DNA of 36,799 nt from Acidimicrobiales bacterium (GTDB taxonomy: Bacteria > Actinomycetota > Acidimicrobiia > Acidimicrobiales > VFJN01): assembly GCA_035249805.1 (NCBI GenBank), contig DATFFY010000494.1, positions 1 to 36,799 of the forward strand. The letters run 5' to 3'. The position numbers were made by a program, and so were the translations under genes. Positions 1 through 8,899 of the stretch are shown in pieces (within the stretch, counting starts at the first letter, position 1; the number at the start of each line of letters is the position of its first letter). Under the pieces are notes generated by a model that had not been told where the DNA came from, did no database searches, and saw only the letters and a program-made list of their open reading frames with translations.

Positions 1-1
1 A

Positions 2-496
2 CCGAGGTCGCTGTGCCACGGCGATGCCGGCGCCGGCAACTTCCTGCACGATGGCGGCGCCGTGACGGCGCTGCTCGACTGGGAGTTCGCCCACGTCGAC
101 GACCCCCACGACGACCTGGCCTGGGTGGCGGTCCGCAACCAGGTGCAGCGCCGGCCCCTCGCCGTCGGCGCGGTCTTCGCGGCGTGGCAGCACTCGACCG
201 GACGGACGATCGACCCCGCCCGGCTCGAGCACCACCGTGCGGTGGTGCTCACCCGGATGCTCATCTCGTGCGACGCCGCGCTGGCGCGGGCCGGCGAGGC
301 GCAGCCCCCCACGGTCCAGTCGATGCTCCGGCCCTACCTGGGCCTGGCCCTGGTGGAGGCGCTCCGCCGGGCCGGCGCGGGCATCGACCGCCTCGACGAG
401 ATCGAGGAGGATGCCCGAGCGCGGTGGGCGCCCTCACCCATCGCCGAGGTGCTCGGCGACCCGACCGACCTCGACGACCTGGGAGGTCCGTGGTGA
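2..496 (+). CDS. APH-family (aminoglycoside/choline-kinase fold) phosphotransferase, C-terminal part; 5' end outside window
   Basis: Frame is open from the window edge. Translation LCHGDAGAGNFLHDGGAVTALLDWEFA carries the kinase-fold catalytic loop HGDxxxxN and the downstream D-W-E metal-binding motif. Stop TGA 494-496 overlaps the GTG of the next gene. Confidence 0.8.
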   Translation, partial: PRSLCHGDAGAGNFLHDGGAVTALLDWEFAHVDDPHDDLAWVAVRNQVQRRPLAVGAVFAAWQHSTGRTIDPARLEHHRAVVLTRMLISCDAALARAGEAQPPTVQSMLRPYLGLALVEALRRAGAGIDRLDEIEEDARARWAPSPIAEVLGDPTDLDDLGGPW

Positions 497-1398
497 CCGA
501 CGCCAGCCCGGCCGACGACCTGTTCCACCCGATCGCCGACGAGCACCCGCTGTGGACCGAGACGAGCTGGTGGGGCTTCTACGCGCCGGACGGCTCCGTG
601 GGCGGCATGGTCTACGCGTTCTTCCGGCCGAACCTCGGGGTCGCCACCCTGGTCACCAGCATCTGGGACGCGGACCACGTCGAGCCGTGGCGAGCGCCCT
701 ACTCGCGCAGCCAGTGGCACCTCCCCATGCCGGAGGGCGACCTGGACGACCTCGCGCTGGGGCACCTCCGCATCCGCTGCCTCGAACCGTTGGGCCGGTA
801 CCACCTCGCCTACGACGACCCCGGCGGGCTCGTCCTCGACCTCGCCTACGAGGCGGCGATGGCGCCGCACGTCGCCGTCGCCCAGCCCACGATCGGGCAC
901 TTCGACCAGCTCTGCCGGGCCACCGGCACCATCCGGTTGGGCACTCGCGTGGTCGAGGTCGACGCCCTCGCCGTGCGCGACCGGTCGTGGTACGTCCGAG
1001 ACGACCTGCGGTCGAGCCGGGCCGGGTACACCTACGGCGCCGTCGACGGGGACGAGCACTTCCTCGCGTTCAGCCGCCCCGCCGCCGACGGCGCGATCCA
1101 CGGTGGCTACCTCGTGCGGGCCGGCGAGAAGGCCGCCCTCGTCGAAGGGGCCCGCCACGTCCGTTCGCGGCGCCGGGGCCATCCCGACGAGGTCGAGGTC
1201 ACCGCCGTGGACGCGCTCGGCCGGGAGCTGCGCGCCCTCGGGCGGGTGACCGCGTCCCTGGCCAGCCAGTCGACCCCCGGGATGTTCGCCTGGATGAGCA
1301 TCGCCCGCTGGGACGTCGACGGCCGGGACGGCATGGGCGAGGACCACGACGTGTTCTCGCCCGACCTCCTCGCCGCCGGGGACCGCGGGGACCCGTGA
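493..1398 (+). CDS. conserved hypothetical protein, translationally coupled between two kinase-fold genes
   Basis: GTG 493-495 overlaps the upstream TGA (GTGA). 301 aa with a protein-like, aromatic/acidic composition (WWGFYAPDGSVGGMVYAFFRPNLG...), unlike the R/P/A-rich upstream part of the track ORF 13..1398. No catalytic motif recognised. Confidence 0.7.
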   Translation: MTDASPADDLFHPIADEHPLWTETSWWGFYAPDGSVGGMVYAFFRPNLGVATLVTSIWDADHVEPWRAPYSRSQWHLPMPEGDLDDLALGHLRIRCLEPLGRYHLAYDDPGGLVLDLAYEAAMAPHVAVAQPTIGHFDQLCRATGTIRLGTRVVEVDALAVRDRSWYVRDDLRSSRAGYTYGAVDGDEHFLAFSRPAADGAIHGGYLVRAGEKAALVEGARHVRSRRRGHPDEVEVTAVDALGRELRALGRVTASLASQSTPGMFAWMSIARWDVDGRDGMGEDHDVFSPDLLAAGDRGDP

Positions 1399-2489
1399 CC
1401 GCGATCCCCGAGTCGCCGGCCGACATCACCGCGGCGTGGTGCAACGAGGTGCTGGACCTGGGCCGGGTTGCCGACGTGCGGGTCGAGGACCTCGGGGCCG
1501 GCCTGGGCCTGCTCGGCGAGGTGGTCCGCCTCCACCTCGCCTACGACGGGCCCCCCGGCCCGCGGACCCTCATCGTGAAGCTGCAGTCCCCCGCCGCGGA
1601 GAACCGCTTCCTCGGCCAGGTCATGGGGTTCTACGACCGCGAGGTGAGCTTCTACCGCGAGGTGGCCGCGTCGGTCGGGGTGCGCGTCCCGGCCTGTCAC
1701 CACGCGGCGATCGACCCCCAGGGCGCTCCGTTCGTGCTCGTCCTGGAGGAGATCACCGGGGCCCGCACCCTCGACCAGGTCGTCGGGGCCACCCGCGCCG
1801 ACTCCGAGGCGGTGATCGACGTCGCCGTCGAGCTCCACGCCCGGTACTGGGACAGCGACGAGGTCCGCGCCCTTCGCTGGCTCCCGGCGATCAACGACCC
1901 GCTGTTCCTCGCCGCGAGCGACCTGGCGCAGCAGAAGCTCCCGGCCTACCTCGAGCACTGGAAGGGGAAGGTCCCCGACGCCACGCTCGACTTCGTGGTC
2001 GCGCTGACCCCGCACTACCCGGCGCTCCTCCAGTGGTGGGTCGACCAGGGGCAGCTCACGTTCGCCCACATGGACTTCCGGGCCGACAACTTCCTCTTCG
2101 GCGGGTCGGCCGGGGACGGCGTCGTCACCCTGCTCGACTGGCAGCTGAGCCTGCGGGGCGCCGGCGTGTGGGACGTCGCCAACTTCCTCGCCGCGTCGAT
2201 CACCACCGAGGACCGGCGGAGCTGGGAGGAGGACCTCGTCGACCGCTACCACGCCGGCCTGCAGGCGGCGGGCGTCGTCGGCTACGGGCGTGACCGCTGC
2301 TGGCGCGACTACCGGTACGCCATCGCCCAGCAGGCCTGGTCCACCTGCCCGATGGGCGACGTGCACCCCGGCAACGAGCGCGGCCAGCTCCTCCTCGACA
2401 CCGTCACCCCCCGGTACCTCCGCGCCGCCGACGACCTGGACGTGTACGAGGTCCTCGACCTGTTCGGTCAGCCGCGCCGCTCGCCGTAG
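1395..2489 (+). CDS. phosphotransferase, APH/CHK (EcKinase-like) family
   Basis: GTG 1395-1397 overlaps the upstream TGA 1396-1398. Motifs FAHMDFRADNFLF (HxDxxxxN catalytic loop) and VTLLDWQL (metal-binding Asp). The upstream part of track ORF 237..2489 is R/P-rich shadow. Confidence 0.8.
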   Translation: MTAIPESPADITAAWCNEVLDLGRVADVRVEDLGAGLGLLGEVVRLHLAYDGPPGPRTLIVKLQSPAAENRFLGQVMGFYDREVSFYREVAASVGVRVPACHHAAIDPQGAPFVLVLEEITGARTLDQVVGATRADSEAVIDVAVELHARYWDSDEVRALRWLPAINDPLFLAASDLAQQKLPAYLEHWKGKVPDATLDFVVALTPHYPALLQWWVDQGQLTFAHMDFRADNFLFGGSAGDGVVTLLDWQLSLRGAGVWDVANFLAASITTEDRRSWEEDLVDRYHAGLQAAGVVGYGRDRCWRDYRYAIAQQAWSTCPMGDVHPGNERGQLLLDTVTPRYLRAADDLDVYEVLDLFGQPRRSP

Positions 2490-3319
2490 TCGCCGAAGGG
2501 GCGATCGCGCTCGCGGACGGCCTCCCGCCAGCCGATCTCCTGGGCGCGGGCGACGAAGTCGAGGCCTTCCTGCGTGTGGCGGGCGACGCCGTCGAAGACG
2601 AACCCGAGCAGCCGGCTCGTGTCCGGCTGGTACTGGTGCCGGGCGACGTCGTTCAGCATCCACTTCATCATCTGGAGCTGGTTCAGCGGCAGCAGCGCCA
2701 TGCGCTGCGCCAGGGCGGAGGCGTGCGACTGGAGCTCGTCGTCCGGCACGCACTCGAGGATCATCCCGGTGGCCGCCGCCTCCGTCGCGGTGAGCTCGTC
2801 ACCGGTGAAGAGGTAGCGCTTGGCCCGCTCGAGGCCGAGGCGGGCCACCCAGACCCACGGCGCCTCGGGCACGCCCCACACCCGGGCCGGCGGATAGCCG
2901 AAGCGGGCGGACTCCCCCGCGACGATGAGGTCGGCGTTGAGGATCATGTCCGTACCGCCGGCGATGCACCACCCCTGCACCGCGGCGATCGTCGGCTTCG
3001 AGATCGTGTGCAGCTTGGCGAACGTGTTGCCGAAGGTCCCGATCATCTGGACGTCGGCCACCGTGTCCCACACCCGCTCCGGCCGCTGTTCGGCGGTCGC
3101 CTGCGACACCGTGGACCAGTCCAGCCCGAAGCCGGCGCAGAAGGCCCGCCCCTCGGCCCGGACGAGCACGACCTTCACGGCGCGGTCGCGCTCCGCGGCG
3201 GTGAGCGCGGCGTCGAGCTCGTCGCGGAGGCCGACGGTGATCGTGTTGAGCTCGTCCGGCCGGCAGAGCACCAGGTGGCGCACGGCGCCGTCGTCGTCGA
3301 TGCGGATCGCGTCAGTCAC
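2468..3319 (-). CDS. enoyl-CoA hydratase/isomerase (crotonase) family protein
   Basis: 283-aa ORF with GTG start at 3319. Crotonase-like segments RAFCAGFGLDW and AAVQGWCIAGGTDMILNADLIVAGESARFGYPPARVWG. Confidence 0.85.
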   Translation of the reverse strand: MTDAIRIDDDGAVRHLVLCRPDELNTITVGLRDELDAALTAAERDRAVKVVLVRAEGRAFCAGFGLDWSTVSQATAEQRPERVWDTVADVQMIGTFGNTFAKLHTISKPTIAAVQGWCIAGGTDMILNADLIVAGESARFGYPPARVWGVPEAPWVWVARLGLERAKRYLFTGDELTATEAAATGMILECVPDDELQSHASALAQRMALLPLNQLQMMKWMLNDVARHQYQPDTSRLLGFVFDGVARHTQEGLDFVARAQEIGWREAVRERDRPFGDYGERRG

Positions 3320-3373
3320 GGCGCTGATCGTCGCACGATCCGCGCGTCCGGGTGTGGGGCGCCCTCGGGCGCC

Positions 3374-4594
3374 TCAGCCCACGGCGCTGCGGGCCGCCAT
3401 GATCCGGCCCACGTTCTCGTCGCTGAAGAACTCCGGGATGGGCATCGTCCCGGCCTGCACGCTGACGAAGTCGTCCATGGCCTGCTGATCGGTCGAGACC
3501 GCGGCGAGCAGCTGCTCCATCTCGGGCGGCGGCGGCTGATCGACCTGGGCCAGGTCGAAGGTCATCTCGTACATCGCCATGACGTGCTCGTCCCGCGCTC
3601 GCTGGTACCCGGCCATCGCGTCCTCGTAGGGACTCGTCCCGGTCAACGCGTCGTGGAGGGCCGAGCTCACGCGCTCCGCATCGAGGAACGCGTCGGTGAT
3701 GCCCTGCGCGGTGATCGGGTGGAGGTGGTAGCCGGCGTCGCCCACGAGTGCCCAGCCGGGGCCGTAGGGCTTGCGGAAGTACCCGGCCAGGCCACTGGCC
3801 GCGTGGAACCGCTCCTCGCGCGTGCCGGCCCGCAGGCGCTCGCCCAACGCGGGGGCGAGGTCGGCGGTCCGCTGGAACGTGCCCTCGACGTCGCGGCGAG
3901 CAGCGTCGAACGCATCCTGGCCGAACCCGACGATCACCAGGGTGAGGTCGTCGTGGGTCGGGAACGCCGCCATGCCGCACGCCTCCCTCGCGTAGACCTC
4001 GAACCCGGAGCTGCCGACGCCGCTCCAGTACGAGTAGAAGGCGGGCCCGACGGCCGGCTTCTCGTTGTACTGCTCAGGCTGCACCGCCTTGGCCACCGAG
4101 GAGCTCCGGCCGTCGGCGCCGACGACGACCGCCGCCCGCTCGGTGACGGTGCTGCCGCCGGCGTCCTTGCCACGGATGCCGACCACCACCCCGTCCTCGA
4201 TGAGCACCTCGTCGATCGCGAAGCCCTCGCGGACCTCCACGCCGGCGTCGGACGCCGCGTGGACGAGCATCGCGTCCAGGACCGTCCGGCGCGGGCAGTA
4301 CGCCTCGGCCGTGCCCTCGCTGGGGCGAGGGGACCCGGCGATCGTGAAGGGCCCGAAGTCGAAGCTGTAGGTCCGGGCGGGAGGGCAGCCCGAGGCGGCC
4401 AGCGCGTCGCGGAGACCCCACCGCTCCAGCGCGGCGACGCCGGGCGGATGGATGAAGTGGGTGGACACCGTGTCGCTCGGGAACGTGGCTCGGTCGACCA
4501 ACAGCACCCGGTGGCCCTTCCGGGCGAGCAACATCGCCGTCGGTGCGCCCGCGCAGCGCCCGCCGACCACGATCGCGTCGTACGGCTTCGTCAT
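3374..4594 (-). CDS. FAD-dependent oxidoreductase/monooxygenase (geranylgeranyl-reductase-like flavoprotein)
   Basis: Dinucleotide-binding N-terminus YDAIVVGGRCAGAPTAMLLARKGHRVLLVD and GDAGYHLHPITAQGITDA near the C-terminal third. ATG 4594 is preceded by GAGGAGG. The extra 15 codons of the track ORF are R/P-rich. Confidence 0.8.
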   Translation of the reverse strand: MTKPYDAIVVGGRCAGAPTAMLLARKGHRVLLVDRATFPSDTVSTHFIHPPGVAALERWGLRDALAASGCPPARTYSFDFGPFTIAGSPRPSEGTAEAYCPRRTVLDAMLVHAASDAGVEVREGFAIDEVLIEDGVVVGIRGKDAGGSTVTERAAVVVGADGRSSSVAKAVQPEQYNEKPAVGPAFYSYWSGVGSSGFEVYAREACGMAAFPTHDDLTLVIVGFGQDAFDAARRDVEGTFQRTADLAPALGERLRAGTREERFHAASGLAGYFRKPYGPGWALVGDAGYHLHPITAQGITDAFLDAERVSSALHDALTGTSPYEDAMAGYQRARDEHVMAMYEMTFDLAQVDQPPPPEMEQLLAAVSTDQQAMDDFVSVQAGTMPIPEFFSDENVGRIMAARSAVG

Positions 4595-4686
4595 CGGTCC
4601 CCTCCTCGGCCTCTGTCGAGCTTCCGGGGACCGGTCCACGGCCCCGCCGACCGCGTTACAGGAACCTGGGCCGGGCGGACCGGGTC

Positions 4687-5838
4687 TCAGTAGGCGAGGG
4701 CGAGGGGCTCGAGGCCGAGGAGGACCCGGCCCGAGCTCGTGTACGTCTTCGTCTGCGTGAGGATGTGCTGGGCGAGCGTGGTCGTGTCGCGGAGGTGCCG
4801 GTCCAGGACCGACGACCGGTAGACGCCGGTGGTGCCGAGGGCCTCGTAGAGGAGCCCGACCGCCGCCTTGCTGCTGTGGGCCGCGTGCGTGAGCGCGAGG
4901 CGGTACTCGGTCCAGAGCTCGGAGGGCAGCTCGTCACCGCGGACGAGCACGTCCCACATGCGCCCCGCCGTGTCGTAGACGTAGGCCCGGGCGCTGCCGA
5001 CGAGCGCCTGCGCCCGTCCGATGGAGGCTTGGACGACCGAGTCCTCCCGCGCCAGCGCGAACGTGGGCATGGTCACCTTCGTCTGCGCGACGTCCTCGGC
5101 CTCGGCCAGTGCCGCCCGGGCGATGCCCAACGGGACCCCGGCCATGTTCACGAAGAACATCCAGCGCCACCGGTACAGCGGCGACGGGTCGACGGGAGCA
5201 CCGGTGAGGAGCGAGAACGTCCGCTCCTGCGGAACGAACACGCCGTCCACGCTCACGTCGCCGCTCGCCGTGCCGCACAGCCCGGTGGTGTGCCACGTGT
5301 CGTGCACCTCGACCTCCGCGACGGGGACGGCACACATCGCCGTGCGGGGCAGCCCCTGCGATCCGGGCTGCATCTCACCGTCCTCGATGTGGATGGCGTG
5401 GAAGAAGAACCACTCCGCGTGCGTCGACCCGCTCGCGAACGACCACCGCCCCGTGACGCGGTACCCACCCGGTTCCACGACGGCCTGGCCCGAGGGGTTC
5501 GCGATCACCGACGTCGGCATGTCGAGCGACGAGTACATGCCCTTCGCGACGACCGGGTCGAGGAACGCGCTCCCGTAGCCGCCGTCGCTGTTGATCATGG
5601 CGCACCAGCCCGCCGACCCGTCCGCGCTGGCCACCTCCTCGATGACCTCCAGCTGCTCGAGCGGGGACAGCTCGGGGCCGCCGAGCGCCCCGCTCATGGC
5701 CATCCGGAACACCCCCGCATCGCGGAGGGCTGCGACCACCGCGGGGCTGAGCCGCCGCTCCTGCTCGCAGCTCGCCGCCTCGGCGCGGATCAGCCCCGCG
5801 GCATCGCGCACGCGGTCGAGGATCGTCGCCCCTGCCAT
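4687..5838 (-). CDS. acyl-CoA dehydrogenase-fold flavoprotein (possibly a flavin-dependent monooxygenase component)
   Basis: ATG 5838 (MAGATILDRVRDAAGLIRAEA...). ACAD-like N-domain, and YRVTGRWSFASGSTHAEWFFF resembles the G-x-W-x-F-x-SG segment of ACAD-fold oxygenases. The longer track ORF start adds a basic junk leader. Confidence 0.75.
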   Translation of the reverse strand: MAGATILDRVRDAAGLIRAEAASCEQERRLSPAVVAALRDAGVFRMAMSGALGGPELSPLEQLEVIEEVASADGSAGWCAMINSDGGYGSAFLDPVVAKGMYSSLDMPTSVIANPSGQAVVEPGGYRVTGRWSFASGSTHAEWFFFHAIHIEDGEMQPGSQGLPRTAMCAVPVAEVEVHDTWHTTGLCGTASGDVSVDGVFVPQERTFSLLTGAPVDPSPLYRWRWMFFVNMAGVPLGIARAALAEAEDVAQTKVTMPTFALAREDSVVQASIGRAQALVGSARAYVYDTAGRMWDVLVRGDELPSELWTEYRLALTHAAHSSKAAVGLLYEALGTTGVYRSSVLDRHLRDTTTLAQHILTQTKTYTSSGRVLLGLEPLALAY

Positions 5839-5972
5839 CGTCGGGTCAACGTACCAGCGGCCACCGTCCGTGTCGCGGCGTTCGCGCCGATTCGTCGGTC
5901 GGCGGTGGCTGGACCTGACCTCACCGGGGAAGGGTCGCTCCACTCCATCCCATCGAGACCCCGGAGGTCACC

Positions 5973-6059
5973 ATGGAGCTGTTGCTCTTCCTGGTCGTCG
6001 TCTTCATCGTGTTCATGGTCGCCGGCTGGGGCTGGCGCAGGGGGCGCAGCGGGGTCTGA
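5973..6059 (+). CDS. candidate 28-aa single-pass membrane peptide (not in ORF track, below size cutoff)
   Basis: GGAGG at 5964-5968, 4 nt before ATG 5973. MELLLFLVVVFIVFMVAGWGWRRGRSGV is a hydrophobic helix plus a basic anchor. All third codon positions are G/C. Confidence 0.35.
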   Translation: MELLLFLVVVFIVFMVAGWGWRRGRSGV

Positions 6060-6572
6060 ACCGTTCGACCCGCTTCCTCCGCTGTCGGCCTGGCGGCACC
6101 TCGACGCGCGGGAGGGCTACGAGGTCCTCGCTGTTCGGGCGACCCCAGCCGGGGTCGTCTTCGAGGGGCACACCACCGCGGTGGAGGACGGCGCCGCGTT
6201 CGCGGTGGGCTACCGGATCGAGGTCGACGACGAGTGGCGGACGCGACGCGCGGAGCGCCGGGCCTGGTGGCCCGGCGGTGCAGGGCAGGCGCTGATCGAG
6301 GGCGACGGCGGTGCCTCGTCCGTCGACGGTGTGGATCGGCCCGATCTCGCCGGGTGCCTCGACGTCGGTCTGGAGTCCTCGGCCTGCACGAACGCCTTCC
6401 CGCTGCGCCGCGCTGGTGCTGCCGTCGGGACCGCGTGGTCGAGCCCGGCTGTCGGTTCGGCGCCGCCTTCGATCTCGTCTACGACCGCAGCGGGCTCGTG
6501 CTCACCTACCCCGGTCTCGCCGTGCGGGCCGACGGCGAGACCACGGATCGAGCGCTACCTGACAGCATGTGA
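6058..6572 (+). pseudogene. putative glycolipid-binding-domain family gene, frameshifted with an apparent internal deletion and no start codon
   Basis: N-terminal two-thirds read in frame 1 (SAWRHLDAREGYEV...TTAVEDGAAFAVGYRIEVDDEWRTRRA...DLAGCLDVGLESSACTNAFPLRR). The family-typical C-terminus reads in frame 0 (FGAAFDLVYDRSGLVLTYPGLAVRA, stop 6570-6572). The junction is near 6412-6450. No ATG/GTG/TTG lies in frame 1 near the expected start. Confidence 0.55.
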
Positions 6573-6634
6573 CAGTGATGGGGCGCGATCGTCCTGAAGG
6601 TCCCGACCGCCGTCCACCCGTCCAGGAGGTCCAG

Positions 6635-7099
6635 ATGGCTGCTGTCCGTCCGATCCCGGAGGGCTACCCCCGGGTCATCCCCTACCTCGCCGTCGACGGC
6701 GCCGCCGCCGCCATCGACTTCTACACGTCCGTGCTCGACGCCAAGGAGCGCATGCGGATGCCGGGCCCGGCCGACAAGATCGGCCACGCCGAGCTCGAGA
6801 TCGGCGACTCGATCGTCATGCTGGCCGACGAGTTCCCCGAGGTGGGCAACCGGGGACCGAGGTCGATCGGTGGGTCACCGGTCTCGATCATGGTGTACGT
6901 CGAGGACGTCGACGCCACCTTCGCCAAGGCGCTGGCCGCCGGCGCGACCGAGACCCAGCCCCTCGAGGACAAGTTCTACGGTGACCGGAGCGGGGCGTTC
7001 GAGGACCCGTGGGGGCACGCCTGGCACATCGCGACGCACGTCGAGGACGTCACGCCCGAGGAGATGGAACGGCGCATGGCGGAGCAGAGCCCCGGCTGA
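6635..7099 (+). CDS. VOC (glyoxalase/bleomycin-resistance/PhnB-like) family protein
   Basis: ATG 6635 preceded by AGGAGG (6624-6629). PYLAVDGAAAAIDFYTSVLDAKE...GHAELEIGDSIVMLADEFPE...DKFYGDRSGAFEDPWGHAWHIATH. Confidence 0.85.
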   Translation: MAAVRPIPEGYPRVIPYLAVDGAAAAIDFYTSVLDAKERMRMPGPADKIGHAELEIGDSIVMLADEFPEVGNRGPRSIGGSPVSIMVYVEDVDATFAKALAAGATETQPLEDKFYGDRSGAFEDPWGHAWHIATHVEDVTPEEMERRMAEQSPG

Positions 7100-7129
7100 C
7101 CCGCACTGGCTGGCCCGAGCGGCTCTGCC

Positions 7130-8458
7130 TCAGGCCGGCTCGATGTTCTGGTTCCCCCGGAACACGTTCGTGGGGTCCCACTCGCCCTTGATGGCGGCGA
7201 GCCGGGCGTACTTCGCCTCGCCGTAGGCGGCCCGCACGCGATCCTCGCCCTCGTCGCCGATGAAGTTGAGGTACACGCCACCGGTCGCGTAGTGGGCGAT
7301 GTCACGGCGGAACGATCTCGCCCACTCGATGTTCTCGGCGTCGGCGGCCGCGCTCTCCCACACCGCGAACGGGTGGGTGATCCAGGTGGTCCCGCGCTTC
7401 GTCATCGGCGTCGCGTCCTCGCCGACGCGGGCGACGGCACCGCCCCACGGGATCATCAGCTGCTGCGTCAACGGCGACGGCCTGGAGAAGCCGTACTTCA
7501 CGAACACGTCGAGCGCGTCGTCGGGGAAGCTGTCGTGGTAGTCGGCCGACCAGTAGTTCCGGTTGCCGGGCGGGTCGTCGATCATGCACTGGAAGTCGGC
7601 GTACGGCATAGGACCGACGAGGTCGACCTCGGGCCCGAGGTCCTTGAACGGCTGCATCGCCTCGGCGCCATCCTCGACGGCACCGACCCAGAGGCCGGCG
7701 ATGCCGAGCACCGTCGTGCCCTGCAGGTGGGCCGGGACGAACTCCTCCGGCGGGCCGGTCAGGAACACCAGGCCCGTGCCCAGCTCGTCCGGCGCGTCGG
7801 CGGCGAGGTCGCGGTAGCGCCGCGCGACCTCGGCGGCAGCGTCGCCGGGCCAGAGCATCAGGCCGGCGGTCACCAGCGGGCCCAGCTCGTGCAGCGCGAA
7901 CACGAACGAGGTGGCGACACCGAAGTTGCCGCCGCCGCCGTGCAGCGCCCAGAACAGCTCGGGGTTCTCGTCCTCGCTCGCCGTGACCTCACGCCCGTCG
8001 GCTGTCACGAGATCGACCGACACGAGGTTGTCGCAGCTGAGGCCCCACGCCCGCTCCGTCCAGCCGGACCCGCCCCCGAGGGTCAGGCCGGCGACACCGG
8101 TCGTCGACACCCGCCCCCCCGTCGTGGCGAGGCCGTGCTCCTGCGTCGCCCGGTCCAGCTCGCCCCACGTGACGCCCGCGCCCACGCGCACCTGCCGGGC
8201 GGCCGCGTCGACCTCGATGGCCTTCATCGGGCGCACGTCGATGACCAGGCCCCCGTCGTTCAGGCAGACCCCCGCGACCGAGTGCCCGCCGGCCCGCACG
8301 GCGACGTCGTGCCCCTCGCTGCTGGCGAGCTGCAACGCCTCGCGGACGTCAGCGGGCGTCGCGCACGGCGCGATGACCGCCGGCCGCTTGTCGATCATCG
8401 AGTTGAAGACGGTGCGCGCCTCGTCGTAGCGCGCATCGTCGGGCCTGATCAGATCCAT
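7130..8458 (-). CDS. FAD-binding oxidoreductase (PCMH-type FAD_binding_4 plus BBE-like C-terminus)
   Basis: ATG 8458 (MDLIRPDDARYDEAR...). RPAVIAPCATPADVREALQLASSEGHDVAVRAGGHSVAG, and C-terminal YLNFIGDEGEDRVRAAYG...LAAIKGEWDPTNVFRGNQNI. The upstream 108 codons of the track ORF are R-rich shadow. Confidence 0.85.
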   Translation of the reverse strand: MDLIRPDDARYDEARTVFNSMIDKRPAVIAPCATPADVREALQLASSEGHDVAVRAGGHSVAGVCLNDGGLVIDVRPMKAIEVDAAARQVRVGAGVTWGELDRATQEHGLATTGGRVSTTGVAGLTLGGGSGWTERAWGLSCDNLVSVDLVTADGREVTASEDENPELFWALHGGGGNFGVATSFVFALHELGPLVTAGLMLWPGDAAAEVARRYRDLAADAPDELGTGLVFLTGPPEEFVPAHLQGTTVLGIAGLWVGAVEDGAEAMQPFKDLGPEVDLVGPMPYADFQCMIDDPPGNRNYWSADYHDSFPDDALDVFVKYGFSRPSPLTQQLMIPWGGAVARVGEDATPMTKRGTTWITHPFAVWESAAADAENIEWARSFRRDIAHYATGGVYLNFIGDEGEDRVRAAYGEAKYARLAAIKGEWDPTNVFRGNQNIEPA

Positions 8459-8520
8459 CCGCTGTCCCCCCAACTCTCGTCGTCGCAACCGATCCACAGT
8501 CTGCTCCGGATCCGCTCGCG

Positions 8521-8778
8521 TTACCCAGGGAGCTCGCGGCTGCCGCCTGGTACCCGGGCTCCGAGCTCTCCCTCTCCGCCCTCGACGCCGTCGACGTACC
8601 GCCGGGTGACGGTGGCCTCTGAGTCGCTCGGTCGCAGCTGCCAACGACCGTTCTCCGGTCCTCCCAGCAGCGCAGCGAAGCACGCGCCCGAGGCGAACCG
8701 GGGAAGGCAGAGCCAGTCGACCGACCCGTCGCGCGACACGAGTGCCGCTGTCCGCGTGTCGCCGATCAGTCTCGATCC
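8521..8778 (-). pseudogene. N-terminal fragment of a glycoside hydrolase family 15 (glucoamylase/trehalase-like) gene
   Basis: Reading upstream of the track ORF 8521..8739 gives (stop)[50 protein letters not shown]. This is the conserved GH15 N-terminal block. It lacks the normal N-terminus and terminates about 70 codons in, where GH15 proteins run to about 600 aa. Confidence 0.65.
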
Positions 8779-8899
8779 TCACGGCATTGGCTGAAGCGTC
8801 GGCTGGGCCGGCATCTGCGCACCTCCCCCCGTGGTCGTTACCGACTTGTGACCGTGGCGATCGACCTCACCGCATGACGGCTCAGTAGGTTCCGCCTGC

